From a virus (taxonomy: Duplodnaviria; Caudoviricetes), in the IMG/VR virus record IMGVR_UViG_3300027777_000042, positions 1 to 57,531 of that record: a stretch of DNA of 57,531 bases. One strand, 5' to 3'. The position numbers and the translations under genes are program-made. Numbering within the stretch: position 1 is the first letter of the stretch; each line of letters starts with the position of its first letter. Of the stretch, positions 45,096 through 55,281 are shown one piece after another. The notes below the pieces were generated by a model. It saw only the letters and a program-made list of their open reading frames with translations, was not told the origin of the DNA and searched no databases.

Positions 45096-46316
45096 TTATC
45101 CGTTTCCGTAACCATTAAGACCGGGATTATCTTCCATTGGAACTGGTGTGCCATTAGAGTACACGTATCCTGTGCCATTCCAGTACATTGAATCACCACC
45201 AACTGTATTACCAACAAAATTTAATGATGTACCACCAGGAGTACTTGGATTTAACCATCCTTTAACCGTATTAGCAATACCTTGGCCTAAGTTTGTATTG
45301 CTAACACCTGCAGCTAATGCACCAAGTCCTGCAACTTGTTGTAATGGTGAAGCAGAATAAGCCCCAGGAATAGGACCAGTATAACTTGATGCCGTGGACG
45401 TAGGTATTGTAAACCCTCTTAACAAAGAGGCTTCATTTGCCAGTCCTTGCATTGGGAAGTTTTGCTGATTCTGTGCAATTGTTTGTTGTTGACCACCTAA
45501 TGTAGCCAATGCATTAACATCACCTAAGCCTAAGGATTGTGTGCTATTTGCTAAATTACCTAGTTGATTAGCTGCATTTATTTTATTTGACTGCTCTTGA
45601 ACACCTGCATTTGTTGCAGTATTGTATGCAGCTTGTTTTGCTGCGGCTTGTTGTGCAGTAATGCCTAATCCAGCATTTGCAAGAACTTCACCTAATGCTT
45701 GCTGGCCTCGTAAAGATCCAAAACCACCTGATCCAACAACACCAGCATTTGCTTGTGGCGCTAAGTTCTGAGCAATATTAGCTTGACCTAAGTTGCCAAT
45801 TGAGTTTACTAAATCAGTAGTTGGTGAATTATCCATTAAAGATTTAATATCACCTGTTAAACCACCTGCAGCTGTTTGTGCCAACCCTGTTGCTGCATTT
45901 AGCGTGGGAATGTAATTACCTACATTAGACGCAGTTTGATTAAATGCAGCAGTTTGTAAATCTGTAGGGCCAACAAACTGCGCATTTTGATTAGCTTGTT
46001 GACCTTGTGTTGCTATTTGATTTAAATAATCTGTATAAAAAGTCGGTGCTGCAGTAGCTTGCTGTTGTGAAGTTGTAATGTTAGGCAGTGCCGCACCTTG
46101 TGTAAAAGTACCTTGCACTGTTGAACCCGGTGTCACACCTAAATTAGGTGGTTGTGCATAACCAGTTGCAGCAGCATTAGTTGCGCCTGCTGGTGTTGTG
46201 TATGGGGTAATTGTAGGATTGCCTAGACTTGGATTACCTGCATTTATAGCTGATGGTTGCATCAGATTTAAATTAGAAGTTAACGGGTTAAATGCCGTGG
46301 TTGTTGGTAGTGCCAT
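45096..46316 (-). CDS. Putative DNA ejection/pilot protein
   Basis: A/Q/N/G-rich, GGFGSLRG motif, C-terminal hydrophobic glycine zipper. Confidence 0.5.
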   Translation of the reverse strand: MALPTTTAFNPLTSNLNLMQPSAINAGNPSLGNPTITPYTTPAGATNAAATGYAQPPNLGVTPGSTVQGTFTQGAALPNITTSQQQATAAPTFYTDYLNQIATQGQQANQNAQFVGPTDLQTAAFNQTASNVGNYIPTLNAATGLAQTAAGGLTGDIKSLMDNSPTTDLVNSIGNLGQANIAQNLAPQANAGVVGSGGFGSLRGQQALGEVLANAGLGITAQQAAAKQAAYNTATNAGVQEQSNKINAANQLGNLANSTQSLGLGDVNALATLGGQQQTIAQNQQNFPMQGLANEASLLRGFTIPTSTASSYTGPIPGAYSASPLQQVAGLGALAAGVSNTNLGQGIANTVKGWLNPSTPGGTSLNFVGNTVGGDSMYWNGTGYVYSNGTPVPMEDNPGLNGYGNG

Positions 46317-46318
46317 GA

Positions 46319-49300
46319 TTATTTAACACCTTTCAAGTATTCCAATGGTGACTTTGCCTTGGGTGGTATTTTATCAGGTGGGGCAGATCTTTTATGTTTT
46401 CTTATTGCTTGACGCATTTTATCTAACATTTCTGCACCAGCATCGGAAGAGCCATTGCCTAAAGCTGCCACAGTGTCAGCATCAAATACATACTCACCAT
46501 CAGCAAGCATGGCAGGAATATCATCAGATTGCCCATCGCCTTTTCCTTTCACATAATGACCTGTTGCACCAGTAATAAATTCAGGCTTATGATCTACAGT
46601 TCCGCCATCTTTATATGTTGGAAGTGCACCACCATTAATTGCTTGCAATCCTGCAGATGTTAATGCATTAAAGCTATTAGGGTTTGAACCACCAGTTCCT
46701 AATCCTGTACCTGGAATTGGCGTGGATGTTGTACTTGCCACTTGTGTTGGTGATAACGGTGAACCACTAGATCCAGTTTGCGGCCCTAACATTGACATAT
46801 TTGACTGCATTAATGCACCAGAACCTGAACTATCATTTTGTGCTCCTTTACCTGATAATAAAGCTAATGTGCGTGAGTCTAAATGATTTAATCCTGGGTA
46901 TAGTTGTTTTAAATCTTCCATAAGCTTCTTTCTTTCTGATACTGGTGCTGCTGCAAGCATTGAAGCAACTAAATTTGCCGGTAATGTCCCATAAGTGTTT
47001 GTTGTACTGCCACTAAGTGCTGCGCCTGTTGTCGGCGTTGATGTTATTGGTGGCCCACCAGAAGTACCAGAAGTTCCTGATGTGCCAGAAGTTCCTGATG
47101 TGCCAGAAGTTCCTGATGTGCCAGACTTACCAGAAGTTCCTGATGTACCAGATGTGCCAGATTTACCAGAAGTGCCTGAAGTCCCTGACTTACCAGATGT
47201 CCCTGAAGTCCCTGACGTCCCTGATGTGCCTGACGTTCCTGATGTGCCTGACGTTCCTGATGTGCCTGACGTTCCTGACTTACCAGAAGTTCCGGATGTT
47301 CCAGATACACCAGAAGTTCCGGATGTTCCAGATACACCAGAAGTTCCAGACGTACCAGACGTACCAGACGTACCAGACGTACCAGACGTACCAGAAGTTC
47401 CGGATGTTCCAGAAGTTCCGGATGTTCCAGAAGTTCCGGATGTATTAGATGTATTAGATGTTCCTGAAGTATTTACTGTTGTGCTTGTTGGATTTGATGT
47501 AACAGCCACACCTGAAATGCCTGAAGTACCTGAAGTCCCAGATGTACTTAATATGCCCGGTGTTCCAGATGTGCTATTAATAGTAGGTGAACCACTTACA
47601 GATTGTGTACCTGTGGAACCTGTTGTACTAACACTTGTATTTGAAGCACCATTAAACCCTGGTGCAAGACTAATATTATGATTACTAAAATAAGTATTAA
47701 CAGTCCCAATAGGTAAGCCCATAGATAGAGCAATATCAGATGCCGTTAAACTATGTGAACTAGCCCAATCAGCTATTTGCTGTGCTTGTTCTTGTGAAGT
47801 TATACTACTATTAGCTAAAATAGAATTTATACTAGATGCTGTATTTGATGCATTACTACCACTTGCTTGTGTGCTTGCACTACTAGCCGTGGCTGGTGCG
47901 CTTGAAGTTGCAATAACAGGTGGTTTTGTTGTTGTTTCTGTAACAGGTGGTGTTGTTGTAGTTGCAGTAACAGGTGGTGTTGTTGTTGTTGTTTGAGTGT
48001 TATCAGTTGGCTTAACAACTGCACTATTAATATTATCTTTAAGTTGGTTAAATGCTGCAATATCTTGTGGCGTTTTTAGTAATGTAACGTCAAAAGAATT
48101 AATCTTATTAACTGCATCTGCTTTATTTGCATCTGAATCAAATGCATACAATGAAATATCACCTGTAGGTTTAATACCCGGTAAACCACCAAAAAAACCA
48201 GGTAAAAAATCTGTTTTGCCCGTTGTATTATTCGTTGTTGCACCAGTTCCAAATAATGCCTCTTTAATTGCTTTTGGATCTTCTGTACCAAATGAAAATA
48301 TTGAACCTATTTGCGATAAAAAGTCATTACTTACAGCAGGTGTTGTAGATGCTGAGTTTGTTGCAGCCCCTGAAGATGATGATCCTGTTGAAACCATCCC
48401 AGGTTGCTGACCAGATGTATCTACCCATTGTCCTTGACTATTTTGTGCATATATTTTACCTGTGGTGGTGTCAGTATATGAACCATCTTTATTATCTGTG
48501 ATTTTACCTGATGCAACATCATTTCTAAATGCGGTATTAATTGCATTTTGTACGTTATTAAATGCGGCTGTTGTTAAAGCATCACCTTGATCATCAGTTA
48601 TAGTGCCTCTTATTACTTGATTAACTGCATCATTTAATGCTTTATTGTATTGCAAATATGCACTATTTATCAATGTCTGTGACTGTGGCGTAAATGCAGT
48701 CATAGCATTTGACAGACTATTTTGCGTATTTGCAACCATTTGCTGCCCATTAGCTATGGCATATGCTTCTTCAGGCGTGTATCCAGCTGTTGTATAAGTC
48801 TGATATAAATTTTTTGCATCATCTGACAGTGAATTGACTGAATCAGATATTTTAGTTCCCGTTGTGCCACTAGTACCTGATGTTAATGCATTACCTGCAG
48901 ATCCTGCCAATGATCCGATAATTGCATTAGATACTGCAGTTTTATCACCACCATTTAATGCACTTGTTGACGCTGCATTAACAACACTGCTAGTTGCTTT
49001 TGCGATTTTTGATAAATTATCCGCGGATAAAGTATCTTTAAACGATGATGTAATTTCATTGGCTGCTGCAGTACCTAGTCCATTTGCAATTAAGCCATTC
49101 GTAAATGCTGTAAGTACTTTAGTTGCATCACCACCTGCTGCAGCTGAACTTACAGATCTTACAAGTGAATTAGCTACAATATTGCTAACTTGTGTTGGTG
49201 TAAAAATACCATTAATAGATGAAGAAATAGCAGTTGGATTAATAAACTGATTGACTAAATTTGTAGCATTAGCTGATGCACCGCCTGTAACAGCGCCTGT

Positions 49301-50464
49301 TAATGCACCTTTTACAATATCTTGACCACCAAGTGCTGCAAATACCGCACCTGTTGTAGCACCAATTGCAGCACCACCAACTGTTAATGCTATTGTGCTA
49401 TCTGCTGCAGCACCTGTAATAGATGCACCTAGCGATCCTGCGCCAGGTAGTATTGCGTTTAATCCAATAGTAAGACCAATAGTTCCTAAGGGTCCAAGTG
49501 AGTTTACAGCCTGACCAATTTGATGCAGTACTGAACCATCACCACCTCGTTGGTAGTAGGTTTGTGCATTGTAATCAAAAACAGGTAAGATATTTCCTGT
49601 TTCTTTATTAAGACCAACAAGTGTCTGCATTTGACCACCAGTTGACCCTGAAGATATTATATAAGTTCCATTACCATTGTCAATAACTGATGCTGGCAGT
49701 GGTTTTCCATTACCATCAAGTAATGCATACGTTGGATTGTTGTTCTCATCAGTGCCATTTTGAACAACATGTGTATTACCTAGTTGAATCGCATTGTATG
49801 TTTGTGTGTATTCATTACTTGTTTTATCTGGTGCAGGATTAGTCCCATATGCTGTAGAACTTGAATATGGAGTTATTACACCATTGGAAGTATTTAGTGT
49901 TCCAGTTGTACCTGTGGTTCCAGTTGTGCCTGAAGTTTGAGTAGTGTTTAAAGTTGTTGGTTGAAGTACATTACTAGTAATTGTAGGTATAACATTTCCT
50001 GCATTAGGCACACTGGATGCATTTATATTAGATGCATTATTTACTTGTGCTAAAGCATTTTGTGCTGTAGTATTGTCTAAAGAACCATTTTGCAAACCAC
50101 TTAATACTTGCGCAGCACTAGTGTAATTAGTTAGTGCATTATTTGTCTGTGGTAAATTAGTTGTTGTGTTTACTGGTGATACAACACTTGTTGTAGGTGC
50201 ACTTACAGTAGGTAATGCACCAGTAGATGGTGTTATAGATGCGGATCCGGCGTTACTTGTACCACCACCAATTAATTGATTGTAAGCTGTTCCAATATCT
50301 GCAGAACTAGTGTTGTAATGTGCCGCCAATGCATCAGCTAAACCCGGAATAGAGCCTAAACCACCTAATCCTTGAACTGTTGCAGCAACTTGCGCCGGTG
50401 TTGCATTAGCATTTTCCGGTGCGGCAAACCAAGCATTTACTTGATCTTGTATATCATCTGCCAT
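46319..50464 (-). CDS. Large S/T/G-rich internal virion protein
   Basis: 1381 aa with glycine-zipper helices, an (SGT)n tract, and C-terminal GDGQSDDIPAMLADGEYV motif. Confidence 0.6.
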   Translation of the reverse strand: MADDIQDQVNAWFAAPENANATPAQVAATVQGLGGLGSIPGLADALAAHYNTSSADIGTAYNQLIGGGTSNAGSASITPSTGALPTVSAPTTSVVSPVNTTTNLPQTNNALTNYTSAAQVLSGLQNGSLDNTTAQNALAQVNNASNINASSVPNAGNVIPTITSNVLQPTTLNTTQTSGTTGTTGTTGTLNTSNGVITPYSSSTAYGTNPAPDKTSNEYTQTYNAIQLGNTHVVQNGTDENNNPTYALLDGNGKPLPASVIDNGNGTYIISSGSTGGQMQTLVGLNKETGNILPVFDYNAQTYYQRGGDGSVLHQIGQAVNSLGPLGTIGLTIGLNAILPGAGSLGASITGAAADSTIALTVGGAAIGATTGAVFAALGGQDIVKGALTGAVTGGASANATNLVNQFINPTAISSSINGIFTPTQVSNIVANSLVRSVSSAAAGGDATKVLTAFTNGLIANGLGTAAANEITSSFKDTLSADNLSKIAKATSSVVNAASTSALNGGDKTAVSNAIIGSLAGSAGNALTSGTSGTTGTKISDSVNSLSDDAKNLYQTYTTAGYTPEEAYAIANGQQMVANTQNSLSNAMTAFTPQSQTLINSAYLQYNKALNDAVNQVIRGTITDDQGDALTTAAFNNVQNAINTAFRNDVASGKITDNKDGSYTDTTTGKIYAQNSQGQWVDTSGQQPGMVSTGSSSSGAATNSASTTPAVSNDFLSQIGSIFSFGTEDPKAIKEALFGTGATTNNTTGKTDFLPGFFGGLPGIKPTGDISLYAFDSDANKADAVNKINSFDVTLLKTPQDIAAFNQLKDNINSAVVKPTDNTQTTTTTPPVTATTTTPPVTETTTKPPVIATSSAPATASSASTQASGSNASNTASSINSILANSSITSQEQAQQIADWASSHSLTASDIALSMGLPIGTVNTYFSNHNISLAPGFNGASNTSVSTTGSTGTQSVSGSPTINSTSGTPGILSTSGTSGTSGISGVAVTSNPTSTTVNTSGTSNTSNTSGTSGTSGTSGTSGTSGTSGTSGTSGTSGTSGTSGVSGTSGTSGVSGTSGTSGKSGTSGTSGTSGTSGTSGTSGTSGTSGTSGKSGTSGTSGKSGTSGTSGTSGKSGTSGTSGTSGTSGTSGTSGTSGGPPITSTPTTGAALSGSTTNTYGTLPANLVASMLAAAPVSERKKLMEDLKQLYPGLNHLDSRTLALLSGKGAQNDSSGSGALMQSNMSMLGPQTGSSGSPLSPTQVASTTSTPIPGTGLGTGGSNPNSFNALTSAGLQAINGGALPTYKDGGTVDHKPEFITGATGHYVKGKGDGQSDDIPAMLADGEYVFDADTVAALGNGSSDAGAEMLDKMRQAIRKHKRSAPPDKIPPKAKSPLEYLKGVK
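47058..47470 (-). repeat. Degenerate 9-bp tandem repeat encoding (Ser-Gly-Thr)n
   Basis: Plus-strand units such as CCAGAAGTT, CCTGATGTG, CCAGACGTA, repeated about 45 times. Confidence 0.9.
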
Positions 50465-50698
50465 TTAATTACCTATGGACATTATTCCCGCCAATTGTTC
50501 AGCCCAATCTTGCCAACCTTTAAAAGTTCTCTGATCAGGAACACCTGAATTCAAAAAATAACCAATGCCTTGCATACCATCAGCCCAGTCACGCCATTTA
50601 TCTTCTGTGACAACGCCTAATTGTTGTGCTGCAAATAGCTCTGCCATTAAAGCACACCATGAATCCCAAGTATGTCCTCGTGGATCATATGTGATCAT
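50465..50698 (-). CDS. Small Trp-rich tail-module protein
   Basis: 77 aa, DPRGHTWDSW...WQDWAE. Confidence 0.55.
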   Translation of the reverse strand: MITYDPRGHTWDSWCALMAELFAAQQLGVVTEDKWRDWADGMQGIGYFLNSGVPDQRTFKGWQDWAEQLAGIMSIGN

Positions 50699-52455
50699 GG
50701 GTTACCTGTCCCTCTTTCATCGCCCAAATCAGCACTAATTAAAACGTTACCCATTTCATAGTTGCCATTAAATGTATTACTTTCAAACTTAAGACGCATT
50801 TCACGTCTTTGTTCACGCATATCAATTTTAAGTGTTGTTGGTGAAAATGTATACGGATCTGAAATAACATCAACATCATCAGCATATGATGGACCAGTAA
50901 TATATACATTCATGTCACCATGTTGCACAAAGTCAGGTTCAATTCTTTCAACTCTAATCCATTTGTTATCACCGGCTAACTGTGGATTACCAGGACCACC
51001 AGTAACCCATCCAATATTGTTTGTTTCAAATGTACTTTGTACTGCATTTACAGATGTTAAATAAGTACTGTCAGTGCCACGTTCTTGCTGCCATATTGTG
51101 TATTTGTTTTGAGTATTAGGTTCCCATCCTGCCCAAATAGGGAAATGAAACACTTCTGAAAATACACCAGCTGAACGTCTAGCACCTAATGCTTCACCTG
51201 CATCGTACCAAACTTTTTCTCTTACGTTGTATATGATAGCATCAGTGCATTCTGTTGCATCACCTCTTGGATAAAACCACCATATTTCACCCCAACGTGG
51301 TATTTTAGTTGCCCATACTTTTTGTCGTTGTGCATAATTAACATTGTCAAAAAAGTAATTCATATTGAATGGGTTATCAATCTCTTGTACAACACCGTTA
51401 TACATAAGAAAACGATCCACACCACACCAATAATAAATACCATCATATTCAATCACAGAACTAGATGACAAAATAGATGATTGACTACTTACAATATCAT
51501 AACGCCAATAAACAGTACTTGTGCCTACTGCTTGTGGTGCATAACTAACACGAATTAATGAATCTAAAGACCAAAATAAACCTGCAGGTGATGTTGTACC
51601 ACCACGAACAGGTAAACCTTTAACAACTTTTGTGCCTGTTGGATTTGCCGCATTAGCATCAGCAGCTACCCAATTCTGAAAATTACCTGCAGATGAATTT
51701 TGAATTAATCCATTATTGCCATATACAAATAAGTATGGATAAACCATACAACAACCACCTGACACAGATATATTATTGTTAAATGTAACAGTAATACTTG
51801 TACCTGTGGCCATACTAGCTGATGTAGTCACTGTAGTTATGCCGGATGCTACAACAACTGCTGTAACTTTAGTGCCTGCCGTAATTCCTGTGCCTGATAT
51901 TGTTTGACCAACACCAATTAAATAATTATTTCCTGTGATTGTAATTGTTGTACCAGATAAATTACCAACTGCAGTAAATACACCAACTTGTGATAGATCA
52001 CCATATGGGAATGTGCCACTTAACACAGGTGTGTTTGTTTGTGAGTCAATATGTGATAAATTTTGACCGGGATGGCCAATAATAGTAAATGAACCTGACC
52101 CATATGCATCAAATGCTATATCCCATTGCCATAAATTATTAGCATTTGCAGTAAAGTTATTTAAATTAACATTAGTAGGGCCAGCACCGGTTGCATCATC
52201 ATCATCTGTTTGCCACGCAGATACATAGCTTTTTGATCCTGAATAGACATAGTTAATACTACTTTGTGATTGCATCAGCATCCCTCTGGATACCTCTGGT
52301 GCATTCAAAAACATAGCATTGTAACCACCCATTTTTCTAGGTCTACCACGTTGAAACCTTACCCACATTCCAGCAACAAAACATGGTGCATCAAAAACAG
52401 TACCATCCCTTTGGACACCTGGTTTAATCAATAATGATATGACTTTTTTAGTCAT
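50695..52455 (-). CDS. Tail nozzle / packaged-DNA stabilisation protein (P22 gp10/T7 gp12-like)
   Basis: WVRFQRGRPRKMGG N-terminus; beta-propeller-like EIWWFYP...YNVREKVW. Confidence 0.6.
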   Translation of the reverse strand: MTKKVISLLIKPGVQRDGTVFDAPCFVAGMWVRFQRGRPRKMGGYNAMFLNAPEVSRGMLMQSQSSINYVYSGSKSYVSAWQTDDDDATGAGPTNVNLNNFTANANNLWQWDIAFDAYGSGSFTIIGHPGQNLSHIDSQTNTPVLSGTFPYGDLSQVGVFTAVGNLSGTTITITGNNYLIGVGQTISGTGITAGTKVTAVVVASGITTVTTSASMATGTSITVTFNNNISVSGGCCMVYPYLFVYGNNGLIQNSSAGNFQNWVAADANAANPTGTKVVKGLPVRGGTTSPAGLFWSLDSLIRVSYAPQAVGTSTVYWRYDIVSSQSSILSSSSVIEYDGIYYWCGVDRFLMYNGVVQEIDNPFNMNYFFDNVNYAQRQKVWATKIPRWGEIWWFYPRGDATECTDAIIYNVREKVWYDAGEALGARRSAGVFSEVFHFPIWAGWEPNTQNKYTIWQQERGTDSTYLTSVNAVQSTFETNNIGWVTGGPGNPQLAGDNKWIRVERIEPDFVQHGDMNVYITGPSYADDVDVISDPYTFSPTTLKIDMREQRREMRLKFESNTFNGNYEMGNVLISADLGDERGTGNP

Positions 52456-53681
52456 TAAAATGTGCCTCCAGATATGCCATTTAGTACTGTCAAACCGCTT
52501 GAGCTAAAGTATGCAGCTTGTGCATTACTTACAACAATTCCAAGCTGGCCGGATGCAGGTAAATACAAACCTGTGTTTAAGTCGCCAGTAAACTTCAATG
52601 AAGGAACCGATGTAGAGCCATTTCCAAGAGTCAATGATGTAATACTACTTGATGATCCTGATGCGGCATTGTAAACATTGGTACCATCACAAACAAGAAT
52701 CAATGTTCCACCTTGTGGCACAGAAACAGTAGCACCACCTGCTATGGATGTTTTGACCGTTAATGTATATGCACCAGTGGTGTTATTAACAAATGAATAC
52801 AACTGAACCGTGGAAGGCACAACAATAATTTGATTTGATGCTAATGCGCCTGAATACTCTTGAATTGTATTTGAGGCCTGTGCTGATGTTAATGTAATTG
52901 TGCCACCAGTCACAGCTAATGCATATTGTGTGTATGCAAATTGATTAGACCTACCATAACCAAAAGTGTTCCAACCTGTGCCTGTTGATACCAGCACTAA
53001 TGACTCTGTTAATTGTAATTGCTGGTTAGCATTCCCATTAATAGTATCTGTACCAACTGGTGTTAGTGTAAGAATACCTGTGCCATAGTTACCAATGTTA
53101 ACAAACCAATTAGCACCAACTGTTGCTGATGATGGTAGTGTAATTGTGCCTACACCACCTGACCATATTGCAAATGCTGCTTGACTATTGGCTGATAATG
53201 TGGTATTAGTAAAATAACTAGTAACTGGATATGTTTGATTTAATGTATTTGCAATAGCATTAAGACCATAACCGGCTAATGTTCCTGCATTAGCTGCTGA
53301 TGTTCCTGTGCCAAATGTAAATGCATTCCAAGTTCCATCCGTTGTTGAGTTATTAGTTAAATAAATATATTGAACTGCACCACTTGCAACATTACAAATT
53401 GTTGTTGCACCACTATTAGTTTTAATTGCAACTGGATTTGATCCAATATTATTAATTAAAATATCTTGACCAGTGGATACTTGATATGCAGGTGGCATTA
53501 ACAATGCCAACCCTGTAGTGGTTGCCGATACATTAATAATAGATGCTGCAGTAGGAACATCCCCACCTAATCCATTAATTGACCATGACAATGAAGTATT
53601 TGCCGATATAGATAATGATTCAAACCCAACCGATGAAGGCTGAATTGTCTGCCCGGTAAATGGATTGTTATATGTTGTCAT
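52455..53681 (-). CDS. Tail structural protein
   Basis: T/S/G-rich beta protein ending GGTF, in the tail block. Confidence 0.55.
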   Translation of the reverse strand: MTTYNNPFTGQTIQPSSVGFESLSISANTSLSWSINGLGGDVPTAASIINVSATTTGLALLMPPAYQVSTGQDILINNIGSNPVAIKTNSGATTICNVASGAVQYIYLTNNSTTDGTWNAFTFGTGTSAANAGTLAGYGLNAIANTLNQTYPVTSYFTNTTLSANSQAAFAIWSGGVGTITLPSSATVGANWFVNIGNYGTGILTLTPVGTDTINGNANQQLQLTESLVLVSTGTGWNTFGYGRSNQFAYTQYALAVTGGTITLTSAQASNTIQEYSGALASNQIIVVPSTVQLYSFVNNTTGAYTLTVKTSIAGGATVSVPQGGTLILVCDGTNVYNAASGSSSSITSLTLGNGSTSVPSLKFTGDLNTGLYLPASGQLGIVVSNAQAAYFSSSGLTVLNGISGGTF

Positions 53682-53683
53682 GA

Positions 53684-54316
53684 TTAAGAATCCTGTGCAA
53701 TGGTTTGACGATCACCTAAACGAAGTAAGTCTTCTGCTTTTAGTGAATCCATGGCTTCTCTATACTTCTCCTGAAATATTTGCCGTTGATCGTTTTTAAG
53801 GAATGGCATGGCTTGAAGCAACGTGCCATATAACATAGCATTAGGTGCATTTTGTGTGAGCCAATTGGTTTGATTATCGGAAGCTAATGGCTGTATTCTT
53901 TCATAATACAACACTTCAAATGTGTATGCTTGATCAGGTGTTGGTGCAACTAACCAATGCTGATAGTCGTAATCGGCATAATAGACTGGTGTTGCTTGTG
54001 TCGTTGAACTGGAAGCATATGTTCGTAAATACTCATACTTCCTAAGAAATATTGGTGCAATTACACCATTGTTTGTCAAATTAATTGATACTGTTTTACG
54101 CCATCTTGCAGGTTTAGGTATGACAGGATTTCCTGCAACCATAACAGACTCAACTACTTGTTGTTGACCTAATGTCTTAACCTGCTGGGCTATTTCAAAT
54201 TCGCATAAAGTAATAAATGTAGGAACTTGTGCAACAGTGGCTGCATCATTCCGCTCTAAATACTGTAGGACTGTTGATGTTAAATTATCATACGTAAGAG
54301 CAAACGAAGCGGTCAT
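53684..54316 (-). CDS. Putative tail adaptor (tail tubular protein A-like)
   Basis: TYDNL...FITLCE...APTPDQAY...TNWLTQNAPNAMLYG. Confidence 0.6.
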   Translation of the reverse strand: MTASFALTYDNLTSTVLQYLERNDAATVAQVPTFITLCEFEIAQQVKTLGQQQVVESVMVAGNPVIPKPARWRKTVSINLTNNGVIAPIFLRKYEYLRTYASSSTTQATPVYYADYDYQHWLVAPTPDQAYTFEVLYYERIQPLASDNQTNWLTQNAPNAMLYGTLLQAMPFLKNDQRQIFQEKYREAMDSLKAEDLLRLGDRQTIAQDS

Positions 54317-54343
54317 AATTATCCCTAGTTGCTAATGCGTACA

Positions 54344-54352
54344 ATTATAACA
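54344..54352 (-). promoter_or_regulatory. Possible extended -10 promoter for the tail/ejection genes
   Basis: Minus strand TGTTATAAT in the 36-bp gap after the endolysin gene. Confidence 0.35.
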
Positions 54353-54784
54353 TTACGCGTATTTTCTCGTACCTGTTTTGTCAATGATAAGTGCTTGTCT
54401 GCGAGGTTTATCATTTGGGTTTGAAGGTATAGATATATGTGTCCATCTGTCAAATTCTCGAATCACTTGATCGTATGGCAATTCACTGGCAATAACAGCT
54501 CTAACTACTTCATCAGGAATAAGCCCAGGCACACGAATATCAGCTGCACAACCGATGCGATGCTGACTAGTATCTTTACTTCCAACTGCATCATTTACGG
54601 CTTTTGACCGAAACGCTGAGTTAACCATGATTGGACTGCCATCAAGAAGTTCTTTAATTTGCTCCAAGAATTCTGCAAGACGCATGAGATTTGCTTTTTC
54701 AGATTCGTTAGGTTCATTTGAAAACTCCCTATGATCGGTAATTGTTAACTCTTCAAGAGTAAAGTGTTTAGTTAAAATAGTCAT
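54353..54784 (-). CDS. Endolysin, peptidase M15A family
   Basis: LTKHFTLEEL, VNSAFRS..VN..VG, SQH..GCAAD, WTHIS. Confidence 0.85.
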   Translation of the reverse strand: MTILTKHFTLEELTITDHREFSNEPNESEKANLMRLAEFLEQIKELLDGSPIMVNSAFRSKAVNDAVGSKDTSQHRIGCAADIRVPGLIPDEVVRAVIASELPYDQVIREFDRWTHISIPSNPNDKPRRQALIIDKTGTRKYA

Positions 54785-55281
54785 TTTGTTGGGCTTGATT
54801 GATGGAGCATAGTATCTTTAGCTTGTGATCCTGAAGATGAACCAAAATAGAATGAAAGGACGAGCATTAAAGCGCCATCTAAAGTACCTAATACACGTGC
54901 AATTAATTCCCGCATAGTTGGCTCAATTACATGAGTTAACAAGAAAAACTGTACTGCTGCCCAAGCCAACACAATCATAATGGATAATGCAGGAGGTATA
55001 AAACTACCTGTGGTCATTTGCATTTGACGTGCGCTTGCACGGTCAGCTACTGCTAATTTTTCAAAGTCAAGACCCATCTCTTGGGCTCTGGCTTTAAGAC
55101 CTAACTCAGCTTGTTGTAATGCTGCAATTTGATCAGCACTCATCTTGCCTGAGTTAATGGTGTTTTGTACTTCACTAGGGTCAACCCCTATAGCTTTGGA
55201 AACTGCCTCAACTGCCATGCCCGCAAGTGGACCACCAAGAGCAGTAGCTATTGTAGGAGCAATTGATTTCAGCCAATCCAT
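54781..55281 (-). CDS. Holin-like membrane protein
   Basis: APTIATALGGPLAG, DRASAR, two C-terminal TM helices ending FYFGSS; directly upstream of the endolysin. Confidence 0.7.
   Translation of the reverse strand: MDWLKSIAPTIATALGGPLAGMAVEAVSKAIGVDPSEVQNTINSGKMSADQIAALQQAELGLKARAQEMGLDFEKLAVADRASARQMQMTTGSFIPPALSIMIVLAWAAVQFFLLTHVIEPTMRELIARVLGTLDGALMLVLSFYFGSSSGSQAKDTMLHQSSPTK

Noticed and set aside
46995-47681. Plus-strand ORF of (PDV/PEV)n and other-frame ORFs over the repeat
   Set aside because: Antisense or frame shadows of the stop-free SGT repeat; no RBS or operon context.
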